Source of the DNA: Octopus sinensis
Taxonomy: Eukaryota
Assembly (NCBI RefSeq): GCF_006345805.1
Contig: NC_043010.1
Span: forward strand, 24,490,001-24,554,000
Direction of reading: 5' to 3'
DNA: 64,000 nucleotides
This document shows positions 35,500 through 53,499 of the stretch, one piece after another. The notes beneath the pieces are model-generated. The model was not told the DNA's origin, did no database searches, and saw nothing but the letters and a program-made list of their open reading frames with translations. The position numbers and the translations under genes were made by a program. Positions within the stretch are counted from its first letter, which is position 1. Every line of letters starts with the position of its first letter.

Positions 35500-37684
35500 A
35501 TTGAAAGAAAATTTTAATGTAAATAGGTGTATGGAAAGAGTTTTTGAAAAATTGATAAAATATATAAATATATATTAATTCAAACCGGTTTTCGTCAAAA
35601 TGTGACTTGTCAAGAATTGTAAAGGAAAAACTTTTTTTGAAAGTGAGAAGGGGAAAAAAAAGAAAATTGCATTGTTTTTTGCAAAAAAATAATGATAAAT
35701 ATGTACAAAAATTAAAAAATAAGTACTCCGATGCATTGTGAAGTCTTTGTGTATCTTGAGTTTAATGATTGTTCACGAAAAAATTACCTTGAATATTAGG
35801 ATGCATTGGGATTAAAGCCATGTGTTGTTTAGTTTAATTAAGGGTGTTGGCAAAACAGGAAGTAGTAGTAATTGTAGTTCTTCAGTTCCTGTGTTGTGAA
35901 TAAGGGGAGACAACTCTATGGGTTTTGAGCTCTTCAATTTGTGTTTATCAATTTTTTGTGATAAAGGGTGTTAATAAACCTTAAATTATAAAATTATCAT
36001 TTTAGCTTCATTTTCATTTTTTTTATATAATTGTTTGCTAACTTAACATTCAGATTTTAACACTTTATTTATATTATTTTCTAATTATATAAATTTGCAT
36101 AAACCAATTTATAATTACATTTCAGATTATTATCTCATATATAATAAAAATGATAGTAATAATAACAACAATAATAATAATGATATTTAAAGAATATAAG
36201 TTTTAGCTTGAAGTGATGAATGCATGGTATCCTTATATATTTGTGTTAGTCCATCCATGAAGAATGAGGTAGAAAAAGGAAGTATGATCAACGAGGAGTT
36301 TGCATATTAAGTTGCGTTTTGAATTTTTCAATAAAGAGATTCTCCCTGTTAATTCTCTCCTGTGTGGTGATCCCGTCATTACATTGGTAGAAGGGGAATA
36401 TGTAGAATTTGGGATTTATGTCTTTAACGCATGAGTCTATGTGGTCACTCGGTGGAATTTGTCGGTATTCCGGGAGATTTATTTGTTCTTTATGCACCGC
36501 TACTCGTTTACGTAACGGGAGACTCGTTTGTCGAACATAATTATGTTGGCAACTAGCGCATGCGAGAACGTTGATAAGGTTCTCGGAGGAACAGGAGAAG
36601 TTAGTCTTGATTTTAAACTTCGTTCCTTGTTTGAAGATAAATTCAGAGCCTTCAAGTAGGAAGGGGCAGGTGCCACAGTTTGGGCGTGCACATTTTTTAA
36701 CTGCTGGGGGTGGATGTGGTGTGTGAAGTTTGGCATTTGTCAAGAGTTCTTTTAAAGATTTGTGTTGCCTTTTACATTTGAGGATTTTGTGTGTATTTAT
36801 AATGTTTTTCATTTTGGGTCTGTTGACAGTAGACTGAGGTTTTGTATGATTGTGGTGTATGCTTCGATATTTTTGGGGTTGTGGGCGGAAATGTATGGAA
36901 GTATTTTGGAGTTGTGTATGGTGTTAGGTTGGGTGGTTTTCAGTGTAATGTTGTCTAGTTCTTTGGCGCGTTTTATTCCATACTCTATAAGGGTGGAGGG
37001 ATATTGGCGTTGTAATAGTGTTTTTTTGAGGTCTTCAAGGCGTATTTCTCGTGTTTTTCGATCCGAGACAATGGTGCATACCCTTTTAGCTAAGTTGAAA
37101 GGGATATTTGTCTTGGTGTGTTTTGGGTGGCATGAACTAAAGAGGAGGTATTGTTGTGAGTCTGTAGGTTTGTGGTAGATGTCTGTTATGATTTGGTTCT
37201 TAGGTGTTTTTATAATTAGGAGATCAAGGAAAGGGAGATGATGTTTGCTTAATTCCATAGTGAATTGGATGTTGGGATGTATGTTGTTCAGTATGGTTTT
37301 GAATTCCAGAAGTTTTTCATAAGGTTCTTTCCATATGATGAAACAATCATCCAAATACCTTTTCCAGTTTTCCATTAGGTAGGTGTGGAAAACATGTCCA
37401 AATTTCTGGCGTGATATTTCATAGAGTGATAGTTCGAAGAAACCCATTATGAGGTTCGCAAGGACTGGTGCAGCCTTGGCACCCATCGCAATGCCACATT
37501 TTTGACGGTAGTGTGTGTTGTCAAAGAGGAAAAAATTGTTTGTTAGAATGAACTTGAGTGATTCCGTAATAAAAGTCTTGTGAATGCGGTCAAGGAATGA
37601 CTCTGGGTGTTTTTCTAGCCAGAAATCAATTGCTTCAATACCATATTCATGTGGGATGTTGGTGTAGAGGTTGATGACATCAAA

Positions 37685-37690
<6 letters not shown>
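35500..37690 (-). mobile_element. Penelope-like element (Neptune-like), 5'-truncated: RT, GIY-YIG EN and 3' UTR with HHR
   Basis: RT: SFDVINLYTNIP, GIAMGAKAAPVLANL, WKRYLDDCF, LPFLDL, YHKPTDSQQYL..SSCHP. Linker CARPNCGTC. EN: CSSENLINVLAC..C...YVRQT...RKRVAVH...DH...C. One frameshift at 36810. 5' end stops at (TA)n. Confidence 0.92.
35577..35618 (-). ncRNA. Minimal type I hammerhead ribozyme, U3:A8 variant
   Basis: AATTC-TTGACAA-GTC ACATTTT GAC-GAAAA CCGG TTT-GAATT: stem I 5 bp, stem II 3 bp, palindromic AACCGGTT. The cleavage triplet is UUU, which is suboptimal. Confidence 0.5.
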
Positions 37691-37725
<35 letters not shown>

Positions 37726-37949
37726 ACTTTTTATTGCTTGTGTTCACTTTTTCGAGATCAGTGACATTTCGTCGCTGGAAAAAGTATATATATAAGTTCT
37801 GTCTGAATTTTGAATAAAGAAAACAAGTGATCAAATGTTATATTTAATTGAAATTTAATCATCAGTGTACTTTCCCTGATTATCTATGACTCCCTTACAT
37901 CTATTTACAAGCTTATTTATCCCATCAATGTAAAACTCTTTTGTTTTCA

Positions 37950-38945
37950 AAGCGAAGAACTCAGAAATGTCAGTTTCGATCTTGCGAAAGTTATGTCCCC
38001 TAAATGATTCTGTAAACTACGAATCAAATGGTAGTCTGAAGGAGTAAGGGCAGGAGAATAAGGTGGATGAGGAATTTTTTCTGACCAAGCTCTTCGATCT
38101 TCTGTGATGTGATCTTTGCAGTGTGGCGTCACGCATTGTCCTGATGAAACATCACTCCGTTTACATTCACTAAAGCGGGTATTTTTTCCTTCAAAGCTTG
38201 GTTCAAACGAAGTTCTCTTCTCGGTTGTTGTTGAGCTTTTTCCCTTTTTTCCAAGCTACTGTTTACGACGTTTAACATTTCGATAGAAGATCTATTTATC
38301 ATCACCAGTCAAAAGTCTATCCCAAAAGGGTGAAACGAGTTCACGAGAATGGAGAGAAGAGCAGATGTCAACTCGGGATCTGCGGTTGCTTTCGGACAAT
38401 TCATGAGGCACCCACTTTCCAAGTTTAGGAACCTTTACAAGTTGTTGAAGATGACGGTGAAAAGTTGTATGGTTTGAACTAAGTTTTATTGCCAATTCTT
38501 CAAATGATAATGCAGGATTTTCTTCAAGTAATGCTTCAAGGAGCTTATCATGAAACTCAACTGGACGTCCTGTTAGATGTTCATCTTCAAGGCTGAAATT
38601 TCCACCTCTGAATTTTGCAAATCATCTTCTGCAAGTTCTTTTTTTGAAGCATTCTTTCCCATAAACTGAGTGTATGTTTCGAGTCGCTTCGCCTGCAGTG
38701 TTTCCTTTTTTGTACTCATAAATCATTATGTGCCTCAAATGCTCTTTGGATACTTCCATGTTAGAAAGGGTTCTAATCAAAGAAATTTTAATTCTATTAT
38801 TCTGTAAAATAATATATAATTAGTTTAAATGTATACAAATCCATAAAAATAATTTTCAATTCCATCAGACATTCTAAAATACAATTAAATTTCATTCAAT
38901 TTCAAATACGGTAAAATCGGACAGAACTTATGGGATATACCTGAT
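37950..38945 (-). mobile_element. Mariner transposon, internally deleted and degenerate
   Basis: KLGKWVPHELSE...RLLTGDDK (WVPHEL motif), HPPYSP.LTPSDYHL.RSLQNHL (YSPDL motif), and a 5' TIR-like tatcaggtatatcccataagttctgtccgattt at 38915-38945. Confidence 0.85.
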
Positions 38946-38949
38946 ATTT

Positions 38950-39200
38950 GCATTGGCAACCACTTCACATCACCAGCCGGTGGTTGTCACTCGCTGATGA
39001 CAGGCCAATACCCATAAACTCGGGTCCCTCTGTATCGTGTCAGGCTGGAGATGGGAACGATGACTCCCCTTTGCAAATACTGATAGGTAACAGAAAGTGT
39101 GTCATTAGCCAGCTGGAGGAGATGTCTTCCTGGGGCTACAAGCTACAATATCATCAACCCTTAAGGGTTAGCCACATTTAGGTGGCAAATATACTTCACA
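38950..39200 (+). mobile_element. Diverged copy of the HHR-bearing 47.3-47.7 kb element
   Basis: tgtcactcgCTGATGAcaggccaatacccataaactcgggtc...gcaaatactgatagg..cagaaagtgtgtc..agccagctggaggag.tgtc.tcctggggctacaa...ccctta.gggttagcca aligns with 47475-47690. Confidence 0.75.
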
Positions 39201-39218
39201 ATATATATATATATATAT

Positions 39219-39297
<79 letters not shown>

Positions 39298-39387
39298 CAT
39301 TCCCTTTTCGTTTTGAGAAAATGCATGCACTATTATATTTCGTAGGTTACCCTTTACACTATGAGATTAGAAATTGTCGATGAAAAA

Positions 39388-39520
39388 TAGGCGCAGGAGT
39401 AGCGCCGGCGTGGTTATGCGGTAAGAAGCTTGCTTCCCAACCACATGGATTCAGTGCCACTGCGTAGCACCTTGGGCAAGTTTCTTCTACTATAGCCTCG
39501 GGCCGACCAAAGCTTTAAAA
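39388..39520 (+). mobile_element. SINE family A head
   Basis: ggcgcaggagt...ggtaagaagcttgcttcccaaccacatgg...ccactgcgtagcaccttgggcaag...gggccgaccaaagc. Confidence 0.75.
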
Positions 39521-39599
39521 CGGAAATATTGCAAAAAGAAGTTCAATGGTACTTAATCTATGAAACAGAAAATACTGCAATAAAATGCGGATACACAAA

Positions 39600-39810
<211 letters not shown>

Positions 39811-39865
39811 GACAGTTAATTTAACCATCTAGGAAAACGTTTAAACATTCTCATATATATATATA

Positions 39866-39904
<39 letters not shown>

Positions 39905-40315
39905 TGTACTTACAGACACATAAGTAAATATTACAACAAATGTGCATGTGTGTGCGTGTGTGTATCCACATTTCATTGCATTTATACTCGTGTATGTCTA
40001 TCTGTACATTTAAAGACATCGACCATTAAAGAGATATTTTCTTCAAATATAGTCACCAACGAAGCATATCTCGGCCGTAATAGTATCACCTTAGACTTCT
40101 ATCACCTACATCACCTACTCTAACCCTAAATATGTTAACTTGACACTTTTCAAACGTCTTACATCTCCATTTTATCAGAAACGTAAAAACGGCCATTTTG
40201 AAATGATGCTAGCATAACATGACGGAGTATTTATTTATTTCATTAAATTTCTTTTACATTTTTCTTTATCGGTTATTATTATTAATCTTGTTCTTCTTAT
40301 TATCATTGTTTCATA

Positions 40316-41340
<1,025 letters not shown>

Positions 41341-41344
41341 ATGA

Positions 41345-42660
41345 TTACTACTATGATGTTTTTTCCTTCTTTCTTCAAATTTTCTTGTTTCTCGCCGAGT
41401 GTTTTCCATACACCGAGGGCAGATAAGGGCATTGCATGCATTCCCAGATTACACGCGCAAATTCACAGATAAAATATGTATTTAAAAATTAATAAATAAA
41501 TAAATTTATGGATGGATGTTATTTTCACAGCGATAGTGCTCTTCTTAGTACATGAGCCGTTCCAGTTAATACGATTTTTACACTTCCTGTAGGGATGGTA
41601 AGCCTGGAATCCTTTTCAAATAGGTTTCAGCACCTTTTTTTATCAATCCTACAGATCCTACAATCACTGGTACTGTAGTCACCTTGAGATGCCACATTTT
41701 TTTAATTTCTATTAGCAGGTCTTGTCAAATTCTTTCGCCGCTATATTGTGATCACAAGGAATACTCATGTCAATTAATAAATACATCCTTTTTGTCTGAT
41801 CTTTTATAATAATATCCGGTTTATTAGCTTTTATAGTCCTGTCGGTCTGCACGGGGAAGTCCCGTAGAATCGACACATTTTATCCCTCAGTCACAGTTTC
41901 AGGATGATGTTTATACCATTTGTCAGCGGTCATGTAAATACTGGCCAACTCTGTCATGTCTTGCTTTATATTCTGCAGGTGCTAAGACTCTACACCTTGA
42001 GATTAGGTGGTCTATTGTTTCAATCTCATCGTTACAGAATCGGCATTTTGGGTCAACTCCATTCTTCATCACATTGGCTTGGTAGTTCCGGGCTAATAAG
42101 CTTTGGTCTTGAGCAGCTAATATGAAACCTTCACTCTCTGCTTTTAGCCCGGAGATTCGTAACCATTGGTGCGTGTGTTTCTGTTCGACATTAGCTTGTT
42201 TGCTACGGGCCACATACTTGCCATGGAGAGGTTTCTGTTCCCATCTGTTAGCTAAATTTTCATGTGCTTTTGTCTTTTCAATTAATTTTATTTTCATTGC
42301 AGCTGCAGTTGGCGCATTTCCTTCAGCCTACACAATCTGGTGGGTATCTAAGAGATCAGCAGCGAATTTTTGCTCTCTTTGAGAATAGAGTGAAGTCTTT
42401 TAGGTCTTTCATGTTTTTCAACAGTTTTTAGCATCCAATCGTTGGTTGCTTCAAGGTATTTGGCCAGTCCGTTTGTGGTGGTTTTGTATGTAAGTTCAAG
42501 CTAGATCAAACCTCGGCCTCCCTGAGCTCTGGAAAGGTAAAGGCGATCCACGTCTGCCTTTGGATGGTGCATCTTATTACAAGTCAGTAGCTTGCGGTAT
42601 TTACGGTCAATTTTCATTATTTCACTGGTATTCCAGTTAAGCACATTGAAGCTATAAAGA
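41345..42660 (-). mobile_element. R4/Dong-type LINE subfamily 2, 3' portion, degenerate
   Basis: LAVPVVLYSFNVLNW...RKLLT..KMHHPKADVDRLYL.R..GGRGL, WEQKPLHGKY, QDQSL..RNY, CRFC...ETIDHLISRC, RHDRVG, then the RLE region ending IPGLPSLQEV. 3' UTR matches 47865-47985. Confidence 0.85.
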
Positions 42661-43543
42661 ACAACTGGTACTGCTAAAGAATTTAGGTAGTGGCAGCAGC
42701 AGCAGTAGCAGCAGTAGTAGTAGCAGTAGTAGCTACAGCAGCAGCACCAGTAGTAGTAGTAGCAGTAGTAGTAGTAGTAGTAGTAAGTGTGGCTCAATTT
42801 TTTTTTAGGTGGGATGGGATCCTATCGGTCAAAAAAGTTCAAATGTCTACTACTACTAGCAGCGAACAGTGACCTTAACCTTAAGAAAAATTAAGAAAAC
42901 AGAGTACTGTTCTGTATTATTTAGGAATAGAGAAGTTGTGATCAACCAGAGAGAATCTATAAGTAGTATCATTATTTTTTCCATTTGCGTTTGTGTTATT
43001 GCAATAAAAAGTGTTTGCATATTTCGGGTTAGGTAATATTGTAGAAATTGAAGTTGACTTTTCTAGAGATGTTTGTATGTCCAGTTAGAAGAACAGGTGT
43101 GTTTTTGCAATAAAAAGTATATGTTTGCATTTATATTTGAATATTCAGGGAGGAAGCAAAGAAAAGTCAGATTTTCATAGAAGGTTTTATGGTTCAGCAA
43201 AGATAGTCTTTTGTAAGTCCACACAAAGAAAAGCGTGATGTTTTTAGAAAGAAGAAAAAAAAGGGATGTTTACAGAGGCAATTGTCGGTATTAAAGCTTT
43301 TAAAGCTGATCGATTGTGTGTTTGAAAACTGTAGATATGTAAATTTGTAAATTTCTTAACTTATTTTGACGAGAATTTTAAATACGCACGGGATATTGTA
43401 GATATTCCAGTCTTTAAGAGTTATTTTTTCTCGTTGCTAAACTGGGTCATATTAGTGTTTCTATGGCTTTCAGCTACTGTATTGTCAGAGCAGCGAGGAA
43501 CACGTCCAGCCGCTGTCAAGGCTGGCGCTCCTCTCTTCTTCTT

Positions 43544-47105
<3,562 letters not shown>

Positions 47106-47113
47106 GGTTATTA

Positions 47114-47164
<51 letters not shown>

Positions 47165-47180
47165 TATTATTATTATTAAA

Positions 47181-47690
47181 CAATGATAAATCTCAGAGCG
47201 AGTTATAAACAGTAGCAGCAACACATCGTGACGTATATTTGCCATTTGAATATGGCTAACCCCTAAGGGTGGATGCAAGCTACAGTAGCATCCACCCTTA
47301 GGGGTTAGCCATATTCAAATGACAAATATACGTCACGATGTGTTGCTGCTACTGTTTATAACTCGCTCTGAGATTTATCATTGATTGATTTCACTTTTTC
47401 AATATCCGTGTCAATCGATACTGGAAAAAGTATATGTATTTGTGAGGGGAACCGACTTCTCATCGACAACTATGATTGTCACACGCCGATGACGGGTCAA
47501 TATCCTGAAACTCGAGTCCGTGTGTATCATAAGTTGAAGACGGGAAGGATGGCTTCCCTTCGCAAATACTGATAGGGCACAGAAAGTGTGTCTATAGTCA
47601 GCTGGAGGAGGTGTCCTCCTGGGGCTACAAACTACAGTAGCATCCACCCTTAGGGGTTAGCCATATTCAAATGGCAAATATACGTCACGA
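47181..47690 (+). mobile_element. Non-coding HHR-bearing unit (352-nt period) with a 96-bp fold-back; retrozyme-like or PLE-dependent
   Basis: Direct repeat at 47281-47340 and 47633-47690, inverted arms at 47181-47276 and 47288-47383, HHR at 47480-47524, homolog at 38950-39200. Confidence 0.7.
47480..47524 (+). ncRNA. Type I hammerhead ribozyme (U4C variant)
   Basis: CACACG-CCGATGA-C-GGG TCAATAT CCT-GAAAC TCGA GTC-CGTGTG: 6-bp stem I, 3-bp stem II, stem III capped by the palindrome TCGA. Predicted cleavage after C47518. Confidence 0.7.
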
Positions 47691-47694
47691 TATA

Positions 47695-47741
<47 letters not shown>

Positions 47742-47798
47742 TACTATTACTATTATTATTATTATTACTATTACTATTATTATTATTATTATCATCAA

Positions 47799-47849
<51 letters not shown>

Positions 47850-47864
47850 CATTATTATTACTTT

Positions 47865-48190
47865 TTTTTTCTTCTTTCAGATTTTCTTCCATTTCTTGCC
47901 GAGTGTCTTCCCGACTCCTAGGGGAAAGAAACTCATAGTATATATTGGTAGGCCATTAAACCAAACTCAGTAGTTCGTTCATTTTTTTTTTTTTTTAAAG
48001 TTAAATTAAAATACATGAGCAGCAACAGTTCTCACATCGACAATGCTCTTCTCAATACGTGTGATGTACCAGTTAAGACAATCTTTTGCACTTCTTGCAG
48101 GGATGGTAAGCCAGGGATCATTCTCATATAATTTTCGGTTCCCTTCTTGATCATTCCTAGTGCTCCTACGATTATCATTATTATTATCAA
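47865..48190 (-). mobile_element. R4/Dong-type subfamily 2, short 3' end
   Basis: IVGALGMIKKG...IPGLPSLQEVQKIVLTGTSHVLRRALSM* plus 3' UTR, next to (ATT)n. Confidence 0.85.
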
Positions 48191-48699
48191 TGTTATTATC
48201 ATTTCTACTATCTTTTCTATTTCCTCTCTGATAATCGACATTATTACAACAGCAGCAGTAGCAGCAGCATAATGTAAAACTTTTATCTTGAAAAACTAAC
48301 ATTTTTTTGAAACCTTCTTAGCAAGAAAGAAAAAGCAAAAAGAGGTTGGGTATGGTGTGAGATGAAGAAGAAAGAATGCGAAATAGGGAGAGTGTAAGAG
48401 TATAAGACAGAGAGAATTAGAGAGGGAGAGTGAAACTCAGATAGAAGCTAGGATATTTCGTTAGTTTCGTATTTTATTTCATTTTTTTTATCTATATTTT
48501 GCTAAACAATCAAGTACAAGTAAATATATGTGTGTGTGCACGTGTGTGTGTGTGTGTGTGTTTGTGTGTATATATAATATGTTCCTCTGTCTGCTTGTGT
48601 ATGTATAATGTAAGAGTGTGTGAGCGCATGTCAGTATATACTTGCACAATATATTTTGTGATTATATATAAATATATAGAGCGAGAGACATTTGTATTC

Positions 48700-48972
48700 A
48701 TGTATGTGCGTTTCAGTCTATGCGTTTGTATACATGTGATTAAATCTGTGTGTATGTGAGTGTGCGTATCTGTGTAAAAACATATATGTGTGAGTGTGCG
48801 TGTGTGTTAATATACATATATATTGTGCGTAAGAGGGATAATTATATAGAAATTTATTTTTGCATATACATATATATACATACATACATACATACATATA
48901 TATACATATATATACATATATATACATACATATACACATATATATATATACATACATATATATACATATATG

Positions 48973-49005
<33 letters not shown>

Positions 49006-49159
49006 ATATACACGCCGGCACAAATATTATATAAAAACGTGCTATATAAATACATACATTTGTTCGTTTATATATACATATATACAACATGTAAATACAT
49101 TACATGTTATATATATGTACATATTATATAATGCAATCGAATATTTTTATACTCATATA

Positions 49160-49197
<38 letters not shown>

Positions 49198-49253
49198 TAT
49201 ATATATATATTATATATATATAAAATGTATATATATCAAATGTATATATATAT

Positions 49254-49285
<32 letters not shown>

Positions 49286-49290
49286 ATATC
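48700..49290. repeat. Degenerate TA/TACA microsatellite field
   Basis: Seen directly. Confidence 0.9.
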
Positions 49291-49848
49291 AAAAATGTAA
49301 ACAAGGATATGAAATTTAATTATGATATCGTAAATGTTGTTTCTGTTTCCTAGACAACAGTTTAAATAGAAAATTTCTTTACGATATTCTCGTTATATCT
49401 TATGTGTAACTTTGGCAGTTTCTCATGAAACGACCCTAAAAAACCGGGAAACACTTTAAATATTTCTTTCTGCTACGGGAGAAATTGTTTCAATACCTTG
49501 GTCGTTCAGAGTAGATCACTTTGATATTTTTAACTGGAATATAACAATGTCAAGACGCGTGCACACACATACACATACGCACACACACACATACACACAC
49601 AGACACACAAAAACATACATATATATATATGTGCACATATATGTTAGTGTGTGTGTGTTTGCGTGTGTGTAAATACATATATAGTTACGCACATACATCT
49701 ATGTATGTTTGAATGTATGGAGTGAGAGCGTAAGCGAGTGAGAGAGAGATTCTGGCTTTCAATCTACCATGAAATACTCTGGTATATAGGTTCTTTAGTC
49801 CTAATACAGTTCAATTATATTCATGGGTGTGTGTGTGCATATATATAC

Positions 49849-49900
<52 letters not shown>

Positions 49901-50088
49901 TATATATATATAAATAAATAAATACATATATTCATATGTATATTCATATATATATGTGCGAATGATGGTATAACATTGCATATGTTACAAACATTACGAA
50001 ACAGCTGTCAGCTAACGGATTAAACATCTACTCTCGCTTCTCTTATCCGGTCGGTTCATATGCGCAAATACCTTTATACATACAGACA

Positions 50089-50175
<87 letters not shown>

Positions 50176-50264
50176 TATACATGTATATATATATATCCAT
50201 ATGTATATACATGTATATATATACATATATATATATGATAATATAAATAATATATAGATATATG

Positions 50265-50295
<31 letters not shown>

Positions 50296-53200
50296 GCATA
50301 TATAGGTAGAGGACGTAAAAAAACGTGAACAAACTGAGAAACAAGAACATAAAAAACAAAAAACATAGAAAACGAACTTTTTCGAACAACGAAAAAAACA
50401 AATAGAAATACGAGACAGGTAACGTAAAGAACATTCTCTTTATCAGTTGTTCCCTGTTTTGTCTACTACACGTTTCGATTGTAGGGACAAGGTGCGACTT
50501 CGTTAAAACAGTCCTTCCTGCAAAGCAAATTTGGGATTTTTTGCTGAGGGTGAAAGTGGTAACAAAAACAGAACAGTAAAAACAAAACAATAAAAACAAA
50601 CGGTGAGTGCCGTTAAACCATAATGAATTGGTGCTGAACACCGGAAAAACGAGCTTTCAGAAGAGACAGACAAAAGCATGTCTTGTCTTTAGGAAGGAAA
50701 TGGAACAAAGAAAGATAGATAGCCGTTGGTTACGTTTGAACAACGAGTGTGTCAAGGAGGAAGAGTGAGAGAGGGAGAAGGAGCGGTGAACATATATATA
50801 TATTTATATATATATTATTGACAAGGGTACAGAATTTATGTAACCAGCTTACAGTTGTTTCTGCTATTAGAAGCAGTGCAGTCAGAGGTGAGTGACTGTG
50901 CAACTTAGGATGCTTCACAATCACACAGAAAGAGCTCTAAATAAATGAAGTTGGTCACATAATTTCCGTTCCCTTGTCATTCAGTAATGTATATTACACT
51001 CTGCACTCACTTTGTACTTCATTCTAAAGCATATGTAAATTGATTTCTAACACCGGGTTATTAGTATCATTATGTTTAAGAGAAACCATAGCATATTGGG
51101 TAGTCCGTTAAGTTCGTGCCGATTTATAGTAGTTTACGTTTTTAGAACATGGGTGAGACTATAAAATAGGATTTGACTATATATATATATACTATGAATT
51201 AGAGATAAAACCACTATTGGGCAACTCAAACAGTGATAAACATAAACCAATACATAAATGAAAAATAATATAAATATAATTAATATAATATATAACATAT
51301 ATATAATGTTTTTTCCAAAAAGTATAAAAAGAATGATAAATATAATATAAGTAAAAGCACTACGTACGTTTAATAGCTATAATTAAATTCGAATTACAAT
51401 TAAGTTTAAATTCAATTGAAATAAATTCGAACTAAAATTATAGTCAATCTTCAGGTTAATGATAGTTAAATAAATAAATAAATTAAGAAATAAATAAAAT
51501 AATAATTTTTTCTTATAAAAAAAAACCATTATCTAAATTAGAAACTTAAAACATTAGGATTATATCATACAACCCATTTATTATGTTAAATATTTATTTT
51601 TAAGGTAAAAAAATGGATAGAAATATGTATTTATCTATGAAGATATAAAATGGCTTTAAAAAACATAATAAACTCACGAATATCCTTAACTCAGTTATAG
51701 TTCAATATTTAATTACCAAATTATTTAACAACATAATCACTATTCATATTTTTAGATTTAAGTTCACATCTAATAATTATAAACTATTTAAAAATTATAA
51801 CTAAATTATTATCAACAAATATAGTAACTAAAATCTAAAATTTACTCTATCAATAAATAAATATATATATATATTATATATATATTATATATATATATAT
51901 AATATATATATATATATATTATATATATATAATGAAAAATAAATTAATTAATTAGTCCATTATTACTTATATAAATATTAAGTATCAATATAATATATTT
52001 ATGAAATACATTAAAAAATTAAAGATTAAAAATCAAATTATAAATGTATAACCTATTTTAAAAGAACCGTATAACAATTTTACGATCTATATATCTCGTT
52101 GGCTAAGTAATATCTTACAAATAACGTACAGTTATAATCTAATAATTAAATACATATCATCAACAACTAAATAAGTATAGACTCAAATTAACAATCAGTA
52201 GTTATATAGTATACAATACAATAAAACTTATTAAAAATCTTAAATAGAAAAGGTTTACTTAGCTTTCAAAAACCGTGTCATTAACTAAAATTTTAAAACG
52301 GAAAACGTCTTCTAAGCGTTTATAAGTATATTCGTGGAATTACGTTATTAACAGAAATAGAATAGACAGATGGAAAATTCTTTTAACAATGAAAACTACG
52401 AATATATTTTATCAATGAAAATTACGAATAAATATTAGAAGTGGAAAATACGGCTATATTTTAGCTATAATAGATAAGGAGAACAAAATCACTATTAGAG
52501 CATATAATCACTATATACTATAAAATTTATAATTAAAAATAACTACAATAAATTATACTCAAAACTCTATAAATTAAATAATTTATATAACTACCAATTA
52601 CTGTATATACTCTAAGAATCTTTAAAAAATTAATTAATTTTATATAAAAAACATTTACGTTGTAGTCAGATCTTTAAATAAAATAACTTTTAGACCCATT
52701 CAAAATTAATTCAGTAGTAATTCAAACATTATCTATATTATGACCACTAATTAATAAACTAAGTTAATTTAAAACTATATTCTAATAAAATTCATTATTA
52801 TAATATTAATTAAATAAACATCTAAATAAATCTACTTCGAAATATATAAAAAATACATACATTTTGATTAATTTAACCAATTTATTACAAACTATATACT
52901 TAACTGTAGTATAAAATAAATATATATTATATATCGTATTAATACTCAAAACAAATGCTAAACAATAATAAATTAAACCTAATATATTATAAAGGTAAAC
53001 TAATTTATATTTAGATCAAATACTTCGTTCTTTAATTGAATAAATAAAGTACATATTATTATTATAAAAAAGTATTGCATAAAGAAAAAATTATTATCCT
53101 ATACATTCAAAATTATAAACCATCAGTTAATCTATATTCATTAAATACATTAAATATTTAGTAATAAAATAAACATCTAAATATAATTTAACTATAAGTA

Positions 53201-53499
53201 TTTAAAGAACCTTTACTAACTCTTATTGACTAATACTCAAACCACGTACAAAATTGCAAGCACAACACTACTATCATTAATTAATATATTTAATTATTTA
53301 ATTATTTATTTAATAATATTAAATTAGACTTATTAAATCATGTAATATATATTATAAATCACATACTAGATTTTAGAATTAATACTAGTATATATAACTA
53401 CAAATTAGGAACAAAATAGGGTTTAAATATAGTCGCTATTTATCTAAAAATTTATTATATAAGTAAAGTAATCTGTGTCTACATTTAATTTTACGCTCG

